Shown here: positions 25,284 to 38,100 of the stretch, piece by piece | How the letters are laid out: each line of letters starts with the position of its first letter | Numbering within the stretch: position 1 is the stretch's first letter | Assembly: GCF_001194135.2 (NCBI RefSeq) | Contig: NC_068988.1 | Span: 71,587,508-71,651,507 of the forward strand | Direction: 5' to 3' | DNA from: Octopus bimaculoides | Taxonomy: Eukaryota | Length of the DNA: 64,000 bases | Made by a program: the position numbers and the translations under genes | The notes under the pieces: model-generated | The model's input: only the letters and a program-made list of their open reading frames with translations | The model's database searches: none | Told to the model about the DNA's origin: nothing

Positions 25284-25373
25284 CTGATGAGACATCCGTA
25301 CCTTCGATGCACCACGACTGTTTGTGAAGCATTTCACCTGCGAGGCACAGGTGCACGATGTGTTGAAACGATC
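25284..25373 (+). ncRNA. Degenerate hammerhead-like motif with extended stem II
   Basis: CTGATGA (25284-90), then GACATCCGTACCT..AGGTGCACGATGTGTT, GAAAC (25365-69) and GATC. Stems I and III do not pair cleanly. Confidence 0.35.
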
Positions 25374-25596
25374 AAAGTGAATAATAAAGAATCTCATGAC
25401 TTCCATTTTTTCCTCTCGTATAATTTATAAACTCTATGGACACGAAGGAATTCCTGAAGTAAATCCAGTGGCATATACCTCTATATTGTTGATGACATAA
25501 GGTAGCCGAATACTGTGAACGGGCTTTAATCATTTAAACAGCATACTACAAGATGTATATCCAAATATAAAATTATTACTATTATATATATATATG

Positions 25597-25643
<47 letters not shown>

Positions 25644-25914
25644 ATATGTATATATATATATATATAGTAATACATATATATGTGTATGTATACACATACA
25701 TATATATGTATGTATATACAAATAGAAAATAGTGGTACAAGTCACTAATGTTTGCTGGAAATAGCAGTCGATAACAGTACGACGCTATGTAACGCTTCGC
25801 TGAATATATACAGGCAGAGATGTGTACGGCGAACGAATATAAAAAATTTCGTCTTACCTCTAGCTGAAAAATAATACTACTGTATTCCAATAATATTTAT
25901 AATATTTATATGTA

Positions 25915-25919
25915 TGTAT

Positions 25920-25997
<78 letters not shown>

Positions 25998-26003
25998 GGA
26001 TAG
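25915..26003. repeat. (GATA)n microsatellite
   Basis: Direct reading. Similar tracts at about 3870, 8520-8650 and 54551-54580. Confidence 0.95.
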
Positions 26004-26899
26004 ATCTACCTGTGTTTGCATGTATATATGTATATATGTGTGTAATATATATATATACATATACACTCACACGCACATATAAAGGACAAAGCAAAACTGG
26101 CTCACAGAATAGACAATTGTAACAACAACAAAATTAATGAGCAGTTAATAAAAAACGAAATTATTTCGAACATTTCATCAAATATAATAAACGCTAGCGG
26201 CAGCTGGAACAACATTGGCACACAATAAAGATAATAGCTATACTAGCAATTTTTAAGGAACAAGTTTACTCCTTTTGTTACAACGATAAAAATGTTATAC
26301 CTAATAATGTTCACCCTAAAAAGGAGTCGAATTTGCCGGCACAGACAAAAATTCTCCTACTTTCACTTTTAGAGAAATGCGAGGATACCCAACTTGCAAA
26401 AGTAGCTGGAAGAGGAAAGCTACGGAATATTAAGAGAGATTCTCTCGACTTAGCGCGTTAAGGTTGGGGAATCAGCCAAAGCCCAGACTGAAGTAGTTTG
26501 ATATACTTCCCCCTACTCACATATGCTTCAGTATTTGTTGCAGAAACGTAAGAAAAAGACGATCCGGAGAATTGGAAACGATGTTGACACGAGGATTGTG
26601 GTCATCTTTTTACGAGTGTAGTGTTTAGAGTCATGTGATATGTGATGTGTGTTTAGAATGTAGTTGGAAACCTTAGTGATTATTGGGGAAACCATATCAG
26701 AACTGCATCTAATTGTTGTCACGGAGACAAGGCAGGAAAATGATGTGACGACATGGACAACAGAGAGATGGAAAGAGGCTCAAAAGAGAGAAAAGAAGTT
26801 TCCTTGAATTCAAACTTACTGAAGAAGATAAATTAGTCAACGCAGGGGACATTAGGAAACTCAGAAAAGCTTATGAAATAATAAATAAGATTTATAAAC

Positions 26900-28060
26900 G
26901 CATTAAAACAAAGATATTCAAAAAGAAATTATGCTTAGTATTGAGTGGAAACTAATAACGTCTGATATATAAATACAAGATAGATAAATAATTTTAATAC
27001 GGCCATAAAAAAGATCTTAGTTGAAATACTCTGATAATTCCAGAATGACGACAGGAGGTGGAAGTTGCGATATATGAAACATTTGTTGAAGATATATTAA
27101 AAGCTAGTCAGCAACTAAATTCTCAAACAGCTTTGATAATTAACAGATGCATAGAGTTTGGAATGTCGATGTTGTGATTAGGATGCAAAAATGCCTTACC
27201 TCTCGTTGAGGTATTTGGAGAAGTAGAAGCTTAAGCGGCATAGTACTGTAAGGAAGGCATACTGCAGTAATCCGAAATATTCGCTCAACAAAATATCAGC
27301 TTTTGATGTCTTTTATACTGCTACAAATTGGAAGGCACTATATATCTAGTTTTCTGGACACTTATGTAAATCTAATAGAAAGCAATATAGCAAGGTAATA
27401 TGTAAGCGTAGAAACATAGTTCTCAAGTGAATTTGTAGTGGGAGTGAAGTGCTGCAAGGTGATATTTCCTCGCCTCTCCTTTATTATATCATTCTAAAGA
27501 ATGATATAATAAAGAAACAACTGGAAATGGAAGAGAATGAATTGAATGAATTTCTGGAAAGTATTTGGCAGATCTGGAATATGCTGATGTCAATGCTTTC
27601 CTTGCAGAGAACGGCGTACAAGTTTGATGAAATCGGGAAAGTATGAACTAAAGAGATAGATATAAATAAAATAAAATTACAGATTACACAAGAGGACCGA
27701 AATAATGTGTCAATGGAAGGGTACACTGCATAAGAGTTTAGAAAAAGTACTTTTCACCAAAAATATTAACTTCAGCAAAAGAAAAGACATATGGGAATGC
27801 GACCGTATGTTTTTCTTCTGAGAATGCATGTAGTTCACAGCACTTTGAATGACCATTGAGAACATTGGCACAGCTTGAATGAACTGCAAGAAGACTTATG
27901 AAATGATAAAAGTGCATGTCTGACAACAACTGGATTCCATTTCATTAGAGTATAGAGAAGATACACTGCAGGTGAAAATTTTTACCAAGCTATGACTGCA
28001 GTAAATAAACTGCCATAAGAACGTTGGCAATTTCCCATCCTGCCAGTAACTTAGAGCCTA
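26900..28060 (+). mobile_element. Highly decayed RTE-like LINE RT
   Basis: VLQGDISSPLLY (RT motif QGD.LSP) and DLEYADV (YADD-like); multiple stops. Confidence 0.5.
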
Positions 28061-28547
28061 ATAAAAAAGAAATGGGGAACATTAAACCCGAAGCATGCTC
28101 ATCGACTTCAGCGTACTCGCTAATAAGAATGAAACTTTTTCCTACACATAAATATTCAATTTTCTATGCAGCGAGTTCTTAATTTGCGAAATTATCTCCC
28201 TTCATTTTGTGAGTCCTTAACAGTTTATTTCATTTCATTAACTAAAAGACAAATTTCCATTCATTTAGAAATGTCTACATACATTATTCTCTATGCCACA
28301 TATTTGAATTATTTAACTTGAGGATTACTAATTATTAGAATGTATGGAGTTCTTATGGACATATAGAGTAGTTTGCCTTTGAAGGATACATCTTGGTCAC
28401 TTGATAATTTGAGAATTAAAAGTGTATTGTTCACGAATCTAGTGGATTCTCGTAGATGAGCATGGATCGTTTCTCTTTTAAGTAATTATCTTGTTCTCCA
28501 TCGATTCGATTACTAATGACTGTTAAAATAAAGATATTTGCGTGTGC

Positions 28548-28593
<46 letters not shown>

Positions 28594-29482
28594 ACATACA
28601 CACACACACACACACACATGTGTGTGTGTATAAAATTGGTAGCCTGTTTCTATGAATTTTTTAGAGGCGATCAGTAATGAAGAATGTCTCTACTTCATTG
28701 ACTAATTGGACGTTGTAAATTATAGCTTTCTTCAGTTTTACTTATTTCAACTACATCATGTAAAATCTCTCTAAAATATTCAACCATATAAACTAATGAT
28801 AGACGAATCTGGTTACGGAATAATGCTTTTTATTCTACCAAGTTGAGTTATACAGTAATACAATTTTTATTTGCATTATTTCCGACTGTCTTTAGTATAA
28901 AACTTAGAAAGGAGAACTTCTGTAAAAACAATTATTAGCTTAGTGCATTAATGCTTTCATCTTTCTCTGCTGTCACTTATTACTGTTCCAGAAAACAAAA
29001 AGAAACTGTTTTAATAAAACATAAAGATGAAGAACAAGAGTTACTGAAATAGCCAAATAAAGGAGCATTTCCCAATGACTGGATCTACTTTTATTTTTCT
29101 TAATATTTGCTCAAGGAAATAAATTTACTATCGATTCACTATTGTTTTAATATTTGTAGGATACAGAAATCATGATATGAACGGATCATCATTTGTATTT
29201 CGTCCCAAATATAATTTCTTTGAGTATCTTTGAAGAATCAATTAAATTCTATCATAGTGAAGCAAAATAATCAAAGTGTGGAATTTATTCATTTCTAAAT
29301 TTCAACTTGTTTGCTAACATTTTACATGATTTATTTTGGAAAGGTTTATGAATCGACTCAGAAAGATATCAGGCATTTTATTCCTTGAGAAAAGGGACTG
29401 AAGATCATACCGCTCCTCGTGAGAAGGTCGGAGAGTAAAACAAATTTTATTTGCGTTACTTTTTCACTCAGTCCTATATATA

Positions 29483-29541
29483 CAGGGGTGAGTAAAAAAC
29501 TTAGACAAATAAAAATTGCATTACTTTCTCACTCACCCTCG
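29483..29541. mobile_element. 59-bp TA-flanked mini Tc1/mariner derivative
   Basis: TA|CAGGGGTGAGT...ACTCACCCTCG|TA imperfect TIRs. Confidence 0.55.
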
Positions 29542-30406
29542 TATTATTGATGACTTTAATTTACTTATTGATATTTTCGTAGCACATTGCGGTATTCTTA
29601 TATATTTGTGGGCACATTTTTTACTCAGTGTGAGGATAAAAATAACATTCAAACTTATGAAATAACTACGTAATTTAAGAGACAGGAAAAAGCAACATTT
29701 AAGAATTTATGCCGAGCTGTGATTTCTGTTCTTATCTAGGCATTAAGCCAATAAATATATATTATATGACTTTACTACTTAGATCAGGGATATTTGAAAT
29801 GAGAGAAGTAAGGTCCAAGAATGGAATTACAATACAATTTTAATGAGCTCAGTAGGCTATTGGCCTTTCAACAGTTAGAGCCCATAATAGACGAGCTATA
29901 ACATATTTCCATAGTTGAAGGGATTCCACTGTTCACTTCGGATTTCATTTTGTAGAGTAATGTTTACAATAGCCTTGCTTCAATCGGCAACATAGTTTAC
30001 AGTGTGAAATTCACATGATTAGTAAGCCCAAGCATATAGTTAGTCAATAATTAAAAAAAACGAAAGCATACGAAAGCATACGAAATAAGACTAGAGCAAA
30101 GCAGGTAAGCGATTGTTGGATCACAGCAATGAAATATGGGGAAATATTGATATAACTGAATAAGATACACTGACCTATAGCGCAATTTAAATGTTATAAC
30201 CCGCCCACTCACACAAATGTATGCATGTGCGTATATGTGAGTGCATGCGTATGTGCGACTGGTCAGTTAAAGAAACCAGTCTAAGAAAGGAAGAAAAAGA
30301 GGTACTGGCCGCTGGTCACGTGACAACAGCAGGCAGAAGAGAAAGACAGTAAGCAGAGAGGGCAACAGAGAAAAGAAGGGGGCGTGGATTTTGGGGAAGG
30401 AGAAAA

Positions 30407-30528
30407 GCTAGGAATACAAGAGAGAGAGAAGGCAATAAGTAGAATGACTAGAATAGAAGTTACTTCTATTCTAGCCTTTCTACTTACTCCCCTTCTCTCT
30501 CTCTCTGTGTCCCTCTTGTATTCCTAGC
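30407..30528. repeat. Fold-back inverted repeat
   Basis: CTAGAATAGAAGT-T-ACTTCTATTCTAG (30448-30474) perfect core. Outer arms AAGTAGAA/TTCTACTT, AGAGAGAGAAGG/CCTTCTCTCTCT and GCTAGGAATACAAGAG/CTCTTGTATTCCTAGC. Confidence 0.9.
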
Positions 30529-30579
30529 CTTTGTCGGTGTAGCTTTCTCGGCAATCTGTATATGCTATGATGTATATTA

Positions 30580-30844
30580 AAATTAAAATAATAATGCGCC
30601 CTTTTAAAGCCTAGCTAGGCTCATGCGCCCGGTTTCCCGGTTTCAATGGCGTATGTGTTCCCCAGCTGGACGGGACGCCAGTCCATCGCAGCATTACTCT
30701 TTATTTCCAGCTGAGTAGACTGGAGCAACATGAAATTAAGTGCTTTGCTCAAGAACACAACTCGTCGCCCGGTTCAAGAATCGAAACCACAATCTTACGA
30801 CCATGTGCTGACACCCTAACCACTAAGCCACGCGCCTCCACATA
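30580..30844 (-). mobile_element. tRNA-derived SINE with 10-bp TSD
   Basis: Minus-strand head GGAGGCGCGTGGCTTAGTGGTTAGGGTG..GTTTCGATTC, central TGCGATGGACTGGCGTCCCGTCCAG. ATGTATATTA at 30570-79 and 30845-54. Confidence 0.8.
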
Positions 30845-30899
30845 ATGTATATTAGGTTGTCTGAATGCAGATGTTTCTACTTTTAACTGTAAGGCCCAA

Positions 30900-31460
30900 T
30901 TTGAAATAGAATTCGGAACCTTCCCATAAGCAGCTACATATTCTACAGTTGGCCGCTTACATTTACTTTAGGGCCAGCCGTTTAAGCTTGTAGCACTGGT
31001 TAATATTCTTTTTAACGATTGTGTTTACATCTTGTTTTTTGTTTGCTCCTTACTTTAGATTTTTTCCAAGACTTTTTCATTTTTCGCTCCAGTTGTAATA
31101 TTGATTGATTTAGATATATGTTGGTGAAAAATTCGGTGTTTCCTGGACTAAACATTGAAATATATGGAATAGTATTTCTTTCTTGAGTCTCGTTGTTCGA
31201 AGTTCTTCAATGTCAATATATCTGACTCTCTGATAAACAAATTTCATCAGTGTTGTGGCGTATTTTTATTATAACTATGTGTTTCCATTCAGTTAATCTT
31301 CGGTCTCTTGTTTGATACAAAAGTGCATATACTTTTGGCGAGACTGAATGGGAAGTTGCTTCGTTTGCTTTGGGAAACATGATGTGAAGAGATGGTAATG
31401 TCGTGAGTCGGTGTGTTTAAAGTATACATCGGTTACCAGTCGTGAATTTCCTATTATTAA
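30900..31460 (-). mobile_element. Penelope-like RT thumb-region fragment
   Basis: Minus strand TDVYFKHTDSRHYHLFTSCFPK..FPFSLAKSICTFVS..IDIEELRT..IPYIS. Confidence 0.7.
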
Positions 31461-34400
31461 TAGAACAGTGAGCTGGAAGTATGGTTAGCAGTGAGCCAGC
31501 AGAATTGTTAGCACACCAGCGAAATGGTTAGCGAAAGGTCGCCTTTGCCTTTCATCATTTCAGGGTCGATAAAAAAGGCACCAGTTGAATACTGGGTTGG
31601 AAATTTTTTGGGCGATGTGTTTCGCACACACTCACACACACACGCAAATATATGTGTTTGCGTATGTGTGTGTGTGTATGTTTGTGAGTGGGCGTATATA
31701 TATATATATATTATTATTATTATTATTGATAAAATTATAAAGTAGCTCTTATACACTCTCACATGCGTGTGTGCATTTGCGCACTTATGTATGCGTATGT
31801 ATATGTACGTATTTGTATGGATAGAAGTGGGTGTATACATGTTTCTGCATAGTTATGAACATATGAACATATGTGTTTTCCATGCATTTCACATTTATAC
31901 AACCTCTAAGTGTTTGTTCAATTATGCTGCGAAACAAAAATTCTGGACTATGGTTATTTTGTAGCGTTCGATATAATCATCAAATCTCATTTCCATTTTC
32001 CCCTTTTTCCTTATACATTATAATCAGTATTTTTTATGGACAATATCATTATCAACATCTTAAGCATAATATCGCTTTCGTCCCTTTCGCTATTTCCCCT
32101 CGCCATCATCACTTACTTGAAAAATCTGTTAACAGGCGTATTTCCAGTCATAATCTGTCGCTAACTCTAGAATGTAATTGTGTTTGAATTGATATGAATT
32201 CATCGAAAATGTTTTTCCACTATCAAAGTTTTATATGTTTGGGGTGAGCTATTGTGTGTATTCGTGTACCTGTGTATATGTTTACATAAATATATTCAAT
32301 ATTGATGTAAACATATAAACTGTGAATTATGAGTATTGTATATGATTTCCATATATAATATTCATTGATAACGACGCTGTTTTGGAAAATTTTGTTTTTA
32401 CATTGTGGTTGACGACCTTACAGCATTATTATACTGTTTTTGCAGTGACAATATTTTGTTTCTGCCTTTCATAACAAGATGCATTCTTCACTTCTCTTGC
32501 AACATGATTGTATGATATGGTCTGTCTTGTTATGTCATATTTAAAACTCAACAATCAAATATGCGAAGCATGTTTCTTCTATGTAAAACGCAACCAAAGT
32601 ACTTATGACGCAAAGATATTAACATAACAATACAATGTTAAGGGAAACGGTATAATTACAGACGCAACAACGTAGTGCATTTATGAATAAAAGTAAAATA
32701 GAAATTATACATTCAATATTTACTTCGATTGAAAGATTGCAACAATTTCCATGTATACATTTATTTATAACAATGTGTTTCCATTGTGATGGTTATATAT
32801 AAATTTATGGTAGGGTGCTGGCCGATTCGTTAAAGTGTCGTTATAATGGATTGGTGCTATTTATTCTAACTCTTTACGTTCATAGTTCAAAACCCACTGT
32901 AGTCAGCTTGTCTTTCCATCGCTCCAGATTCCGTAAAATAAAATACCAACCACGTCCTGGTTCCAATTAAACGCCGGCCATTCTACACTGCCAGCCTCTC
33001 TACACTGCCGGCCTTATATATATCTTATCTATAGAACTGGTAGATTTATTAGCACGCTAGGCAAAATGCTGCGTGGCATTTACATTCTGTCTTCAAGTGG
33101 AGAACTTTCTCCCGGGACTATTTCCGCAGCAAAACTGCTTGTTATTTCCGAATACGCTCGAATGTGTTAAATACGAATTTACACGTATATATTCTGTTCG
33201 ACGTCGCTTCGAGCAGCATTAGTTATTTCATTTAGCGTCACTGAGCTTTACACCCATTCGCAAAAATTCCATAGACTGTTTAAATAAGAATATAACAACT
33301 GAATAAAAAATACAACGTGAACTACACGGATATCTTGGTATGAAATTTTAATTGGTCATCAATTCCAAAACTTTACATGAGAGTGTTTGCTTAAACTTAC
33401 ATTCAATATCTTACTATATATGGCTGCAAAGGAGGTTCTTTTTATTGGACAAGATTAGTTAAGGCTTTTCGAAACCTTTCCAGATGGATGTAAATGAACA
33501 GGAACATTGAGTACAAATACTGCATGAAAACAGAAAGGTGACAAATGTTTTTTGTGTCCAGTAACAATAAAATGTAAGCCATTCGCAACAAATGCTGTAA
33601 ACAAATGTGAGCAACTACAATCTCAGAACAAATCTGAAAGTCTGAAAGTGATCTCTAAAACTGATTTTATTTAGAAGATAAATAAAGCAATATATTAATA
33701 AATAAACACCAGATTTCATGCGAATAATCCAGATACACGCGAGCGTTACTCGTCATCTAAATAAAACATAAATCTAAGCTTTTAAGACCAAATACGGTAA
33801 AACGAATGGCATATTTGATTATATTTGATGTTTTGTAAAATCTAGAATACTGAACACAGTAATTATTTCTAAAACACTTTATTCAATTTTAAGAGACTAA
33901 CTGAAAAAAATTGAATGAATGCAAATGATTTTGAATTTTTACAGAACAATCAGTAACAAACTTGGAAAAAATTACAGGTAGTGTTTTTCATGATGAAAAT
34001 CAATTATGCCGAACCCCTATTATGACAGGTAGCGAGTCTAGGTTGAGAGTTTACATTATACTGAATTAAGGCCAGAGTAATTAATGGTTGACACCTCTCA
34101 CTCGCAGTGTCTTCATATACAAGGGAAGGAGGTTGTTTGTAGTCCTATGAATTTTGCATATTATGGGAAGAGCGCAAGATTCTAAATGAAAATTGCCTGG
34201 AACCTTTCCTTGCTCAAACAAATTACAAAACAGACAGACTGTTAGAACAAAATAGACTATGATATGATATAGTATATGTCGATATTTTAAAGTTTAACGA
34301 CTTGCCAGTAAACGTTGCTTTTCAGCTAATGTCATCGGGAATTGTTTAAGAGGCACTCCAAGCAATAAACCTGTTGCTATATATCTAATATATTCGTTAA

Positions 34401-35927
34401 TACAAAGCCAATATATTTATTAATTATGTTCATTTGATTCTTGGTCTGATATTAAATATAGTTTCTGAAGTTAGTAATTCAAACATTGAAAAAATCACTT
34501 TTGCTATCGGTCGACGCATCATAAATGACGAGGAAAATTAATAAAATGCAATGTTAGAAAATGTCAATGAATAACTATTTCAGATTGTTATAACTACAAG
34601 TCCCTAATAGCTGCCTAAATACAGAGGTTTTAATTTCACTATAATTGTTATTGGCTTTATCCAGTAAATGACAAATGCTTTATAATGAAGGTGCTGGAAG
34701 AGGGTTAGAATCACATGGAAACATGATACAATTAACCGAAATAAAATCTCCTCATTATCTTTACGTCATCATTTTCCGAAGATATGCTTCTTGGTTATCC
34801 AATTACTTTACATGATTTATTTTCTGTGTAACACACGCCTACACAAGAATAATTACACGTGACAATTTTAAAACATATGCGTTCTTTATGTGAATGTCAA
34901 TGTTTTACGCCTGAGAAATTGTCATTAATTAACGTCGGATCCCTGATGAAATAGAGGTATCCGTGACCGAACTTTTTTTTTATAAATATTTAGGGTTACA
35001 TGATCTCATGTACCCTTTCAATGTAAAAAGAAGGTAAAGTACTATTCGTATCATTTGAGAAAGATTTGGATGCTATTTATAAAACAGTACAACTACTTCG
35101 TGCAATGATTCACAATCTTTAGCAACTCGACACCTCCTACCACAGCATGGTGTGTGTTACAAAAGTTCCCTCGCAATCATTTTCTAATAAAAATAAATTA
35201 AATTAATCAAATATAAGTAAATCATAAGACTGAATTATTATCCAGATGTTCTTACACGTCATATTCATCATATGCTTCTTGGTTGCAAATGCATATATTA
35301 TGTTAAAATTTCATAAAAGTTATTAAATACACCAACTATACTAACTATACATACATATATGCATAATACATGCATACATACAATAATGCATACATAAATA
35401 AATCACACTTGGAAGGTTATGCACTTGAAACCTAAGAGCAAGAGACTGCTATAAAATATAAACAATAGAAACAGTAAAACACTTCGAGCCCCAAGTTGCA
35501 ACAGGATATACAGATTATGCCATGTTTCCGTGGAAATCATCTCATACGTGTAGTGGTGTACGTAGCTAGATAGTTGAATGATCTCCCTTGCGAGAAAGTT
35601 AATAGAGTAACCTCCTTTCTCTAAGTTTCTCGAAACATCTGTGTCATTAGACGTGATTCTTAATTATTCAAGAAGCTTAGCCTTCCTCTTGGAAGCTTCT
35701 AGAATGTCTAGCGTTCCATTAATAAAAACAGCTTGCTAACCTAGTTCTTCGCTCTTTAGTCGATTAGACTTGCTGCACCACCACAGGAAGAGAACAGAAA
35801 AGACCACTTTAACACTCCTGCTGAAATACAAGCTTTCGACGATGTTAAACAAAATCTCTTCTACATTATTTACATTATTTACATTATTTACATTTGACGG
35901 ATATTTGTCCTCATCTTGTTTGTTGTT

Positions 35928-35973
35928 AACACAACGTTTCGGCTGATATACCCTCCAGCCTTCGTCAGGTGTC
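35928..35973 (-). ncRNA. Minimal type-I hammerhead ribozyme (intact core)
   Basis: Minus strand GACAC-CUGACGA-A-GGCUG(GAGGGUAUAU)CAGCC-GAAAC-GUU-GUGUU: stem I GACAC/GUGUU, 5-bp stem II, palindromic ACGU stem III, predicted cut after GUU. Confidence 0.8.
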
Positions 35974-36025
35974 TTGGGGAAATTTTGAACCTGGGTTCTC
36001 ATTCCTAACGATGTTACTATTATTA

Positions 36026-36094
<69 letters not shown>

Positions 36095-36361
36095 TATTAA
36101 TCAGGTCGCTGCCGTGAATCGAACAACACTGGAAAATACGAAAACTAAAAGAAGCAGCACATATGCTAGGACACAACAACCTCCTAAGGAGACCGAGTGC
36201 AGATATGAATAGCATATGGGAACCGGTATTGAGGAAGGATAGAAAAATAATAGATTTATAAGCCCTAAAATTCACTCCATAAATGCCCACAGTAATAATA
36301 ATAATAATATAATAATAGTAACATCGTTAGGAATGAGAACCCAGGTCCAAAATTTCCCTCC

Positions 36362-36402
36362 CTGACGAAGGCTGGAGGGTATATCAGCCGAAACGTTGTG
36401 TT
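36362..36402 (+). ncRNA. Hammerhead core copy with damaged stem I
   Basis: CTGACGA 36362-68, GAAAC 36390-94, GTT-GTGTT. The upstream GACAC strand is replaced by CCCTCC. Confidence 0.65.
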
Positions 36403-36494
36403 AACAACAAACAAGATGAGGGCAAATATCCGTCAAATGTAAATAATGTAAATAATTCCTCATCTCTTAAATATAGAACTGTAAAATCTCTTCT

Positions 36495-38100
36495 GTCTTC
36501 ATGTTTTACTCATAATGCCGGAATTTCTCTTGTAGTCGACGCGTCCGAAATTGGCGTCGACGCAGTCATTCAACAACTCCACCATGGCGAATGGCAACCT
36601 CTGGCGTTTTACTCTAAGCAGTGAAAACCAGCTGAAGCTAAATATAGCGCGTTCAGTCGCGAACTGTTATCTACTTACTTCCCAGTTAAACACTTCCAAC
36701 ACACTGGAAGGGAGAAACTTCACAATATTTACAGACCATAAGGAGTTATCTTTCGCTTTAGACTGAAAGCCAGATAAATTTTCTTCGAGCGATATTCGAC
36801 ATTTGGATTACATTTCATAATTCACGTGTGATATACGATATATTCTAGGTTCCGAGAACATTGTTGCAGATTCTGTATCCCGTTTACCTGTAAGCACATT
36901 ATTTTCAGCTGCAGGAATTAACTTGGACAAAATGTCTGAAGATCAACCATCCGTTGATTTGAACAAAACACAACAACCAGGACTAATTCCTTTCGACCTC
37001 CAACTTTACCCAGTTGCAACATCAAACAGGCAGATCCTTTGCGATATTTTTTCTGGTAAACTTCGCCCTTTACTTCCCTAAAAGCATCGTTGTATCGTTT
37101 CCTCAGCACTACACATTTCACATCCTGGTATAACAGTAACATTGAAGCTTATTCAGCTCGTTTCTTTTGACCGAACATACGTCGAGACATAGCTAATTGG
37201 ACTCGTACCTGTGTCGATTGTCAAAGATCCAAGGTACAAAAACATATCCGTGCACCGTTAGGTACTTTCTCCACTCCAGATGCACGATTCCAGCACATAC
37301 ATGTTGAAATAGTAGGACCTCGGACTGCGAGTTAGGGCTACACATTTTTATTAACCTATATCGACCGTTTATCTCGCTAGCCAGAAGTTATTCCACTCAC
37401 AGACATCTCTTGTCTAACTGTGGCACAAGCTTTAATCACAGGATGGATCTCTCGTTTCGGAACACATGTAAAAATAACAACAGACCGCGGACGTCAATTT
37501 GAAGATAAGCTTTTACAGGAGCTTATCAAGATGTTAGGAAGTAAACACATCCATTCCACAAGTTACCATCCATTTTCGAACGATATGATCGAAAGATTTC
37601 ATCGGCAGCTTAAAGCTTCGTTGTGTGCTTCTACTGATTCATCTCGATGGATTTAATTTTTTCCTATTGTTTTCTTGGGCCTCTGCTCTTCTGTCAAAGC
37701 AGATATTGAATATTCTCCTGCAGAATTACTTTATGGTTCTTCCTTGACGCTGCCTGTTCAAATGATTGTTTCTGCTAAGACACAAGATATCGATACTACA
37801 AGTTCCATTGAACGCTTGCGTGATTATATGTCAAAGTTACCACATATGAACACCAGGAAACAAGACATTAAAACATATTTGCTCGAGGACTATTCTTCCT
37901 AGACTCATGTTTTTGTTTACAATGATGTCGTTAAACATCCTTTAACAGCACCGTATGCAGGACTCGTTCGTGTGCTTTCTTGTACAGATAAAGTTTTCAC
38001 CGTAAACTTCAACGGTCGTACAGACACTATTTCTGCTGATAGACTAAAAAGGGCTCACATTGAAAAAACTATTTCCAACCTCACTACAGACAACACACAC
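36495..38100 (+). pseudogene. Gypsy pol remnant: RNase H + integrase
   Basis: LVVDAS..WQPLAFYSK, YSAFSRELL, FTIFTDHK, HPGI..TCVDCQRSK, GWISRFG..ITTDRGRQFE, SYHPFSNDMIERFHRQLKASL. Confidence 0.9.

Larger units (their letters stand above)
35863..36482 (+). mobile_element. Fold-back PLE-derived element with two hammerhead motifs, 12-bp TSD
   Basis: AAAATCTCTTCT at 35851-62 and 36483-94. Arms about 35863-36035 and 36292-36455 are near-identical inverted copies. Middle encodes EQHWKIRKLKEAAHMLGHNNLLRRPSADMNSIWEPVLRK (PLE GIY-YIG C-terminus-like). Confidence 0.85.
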
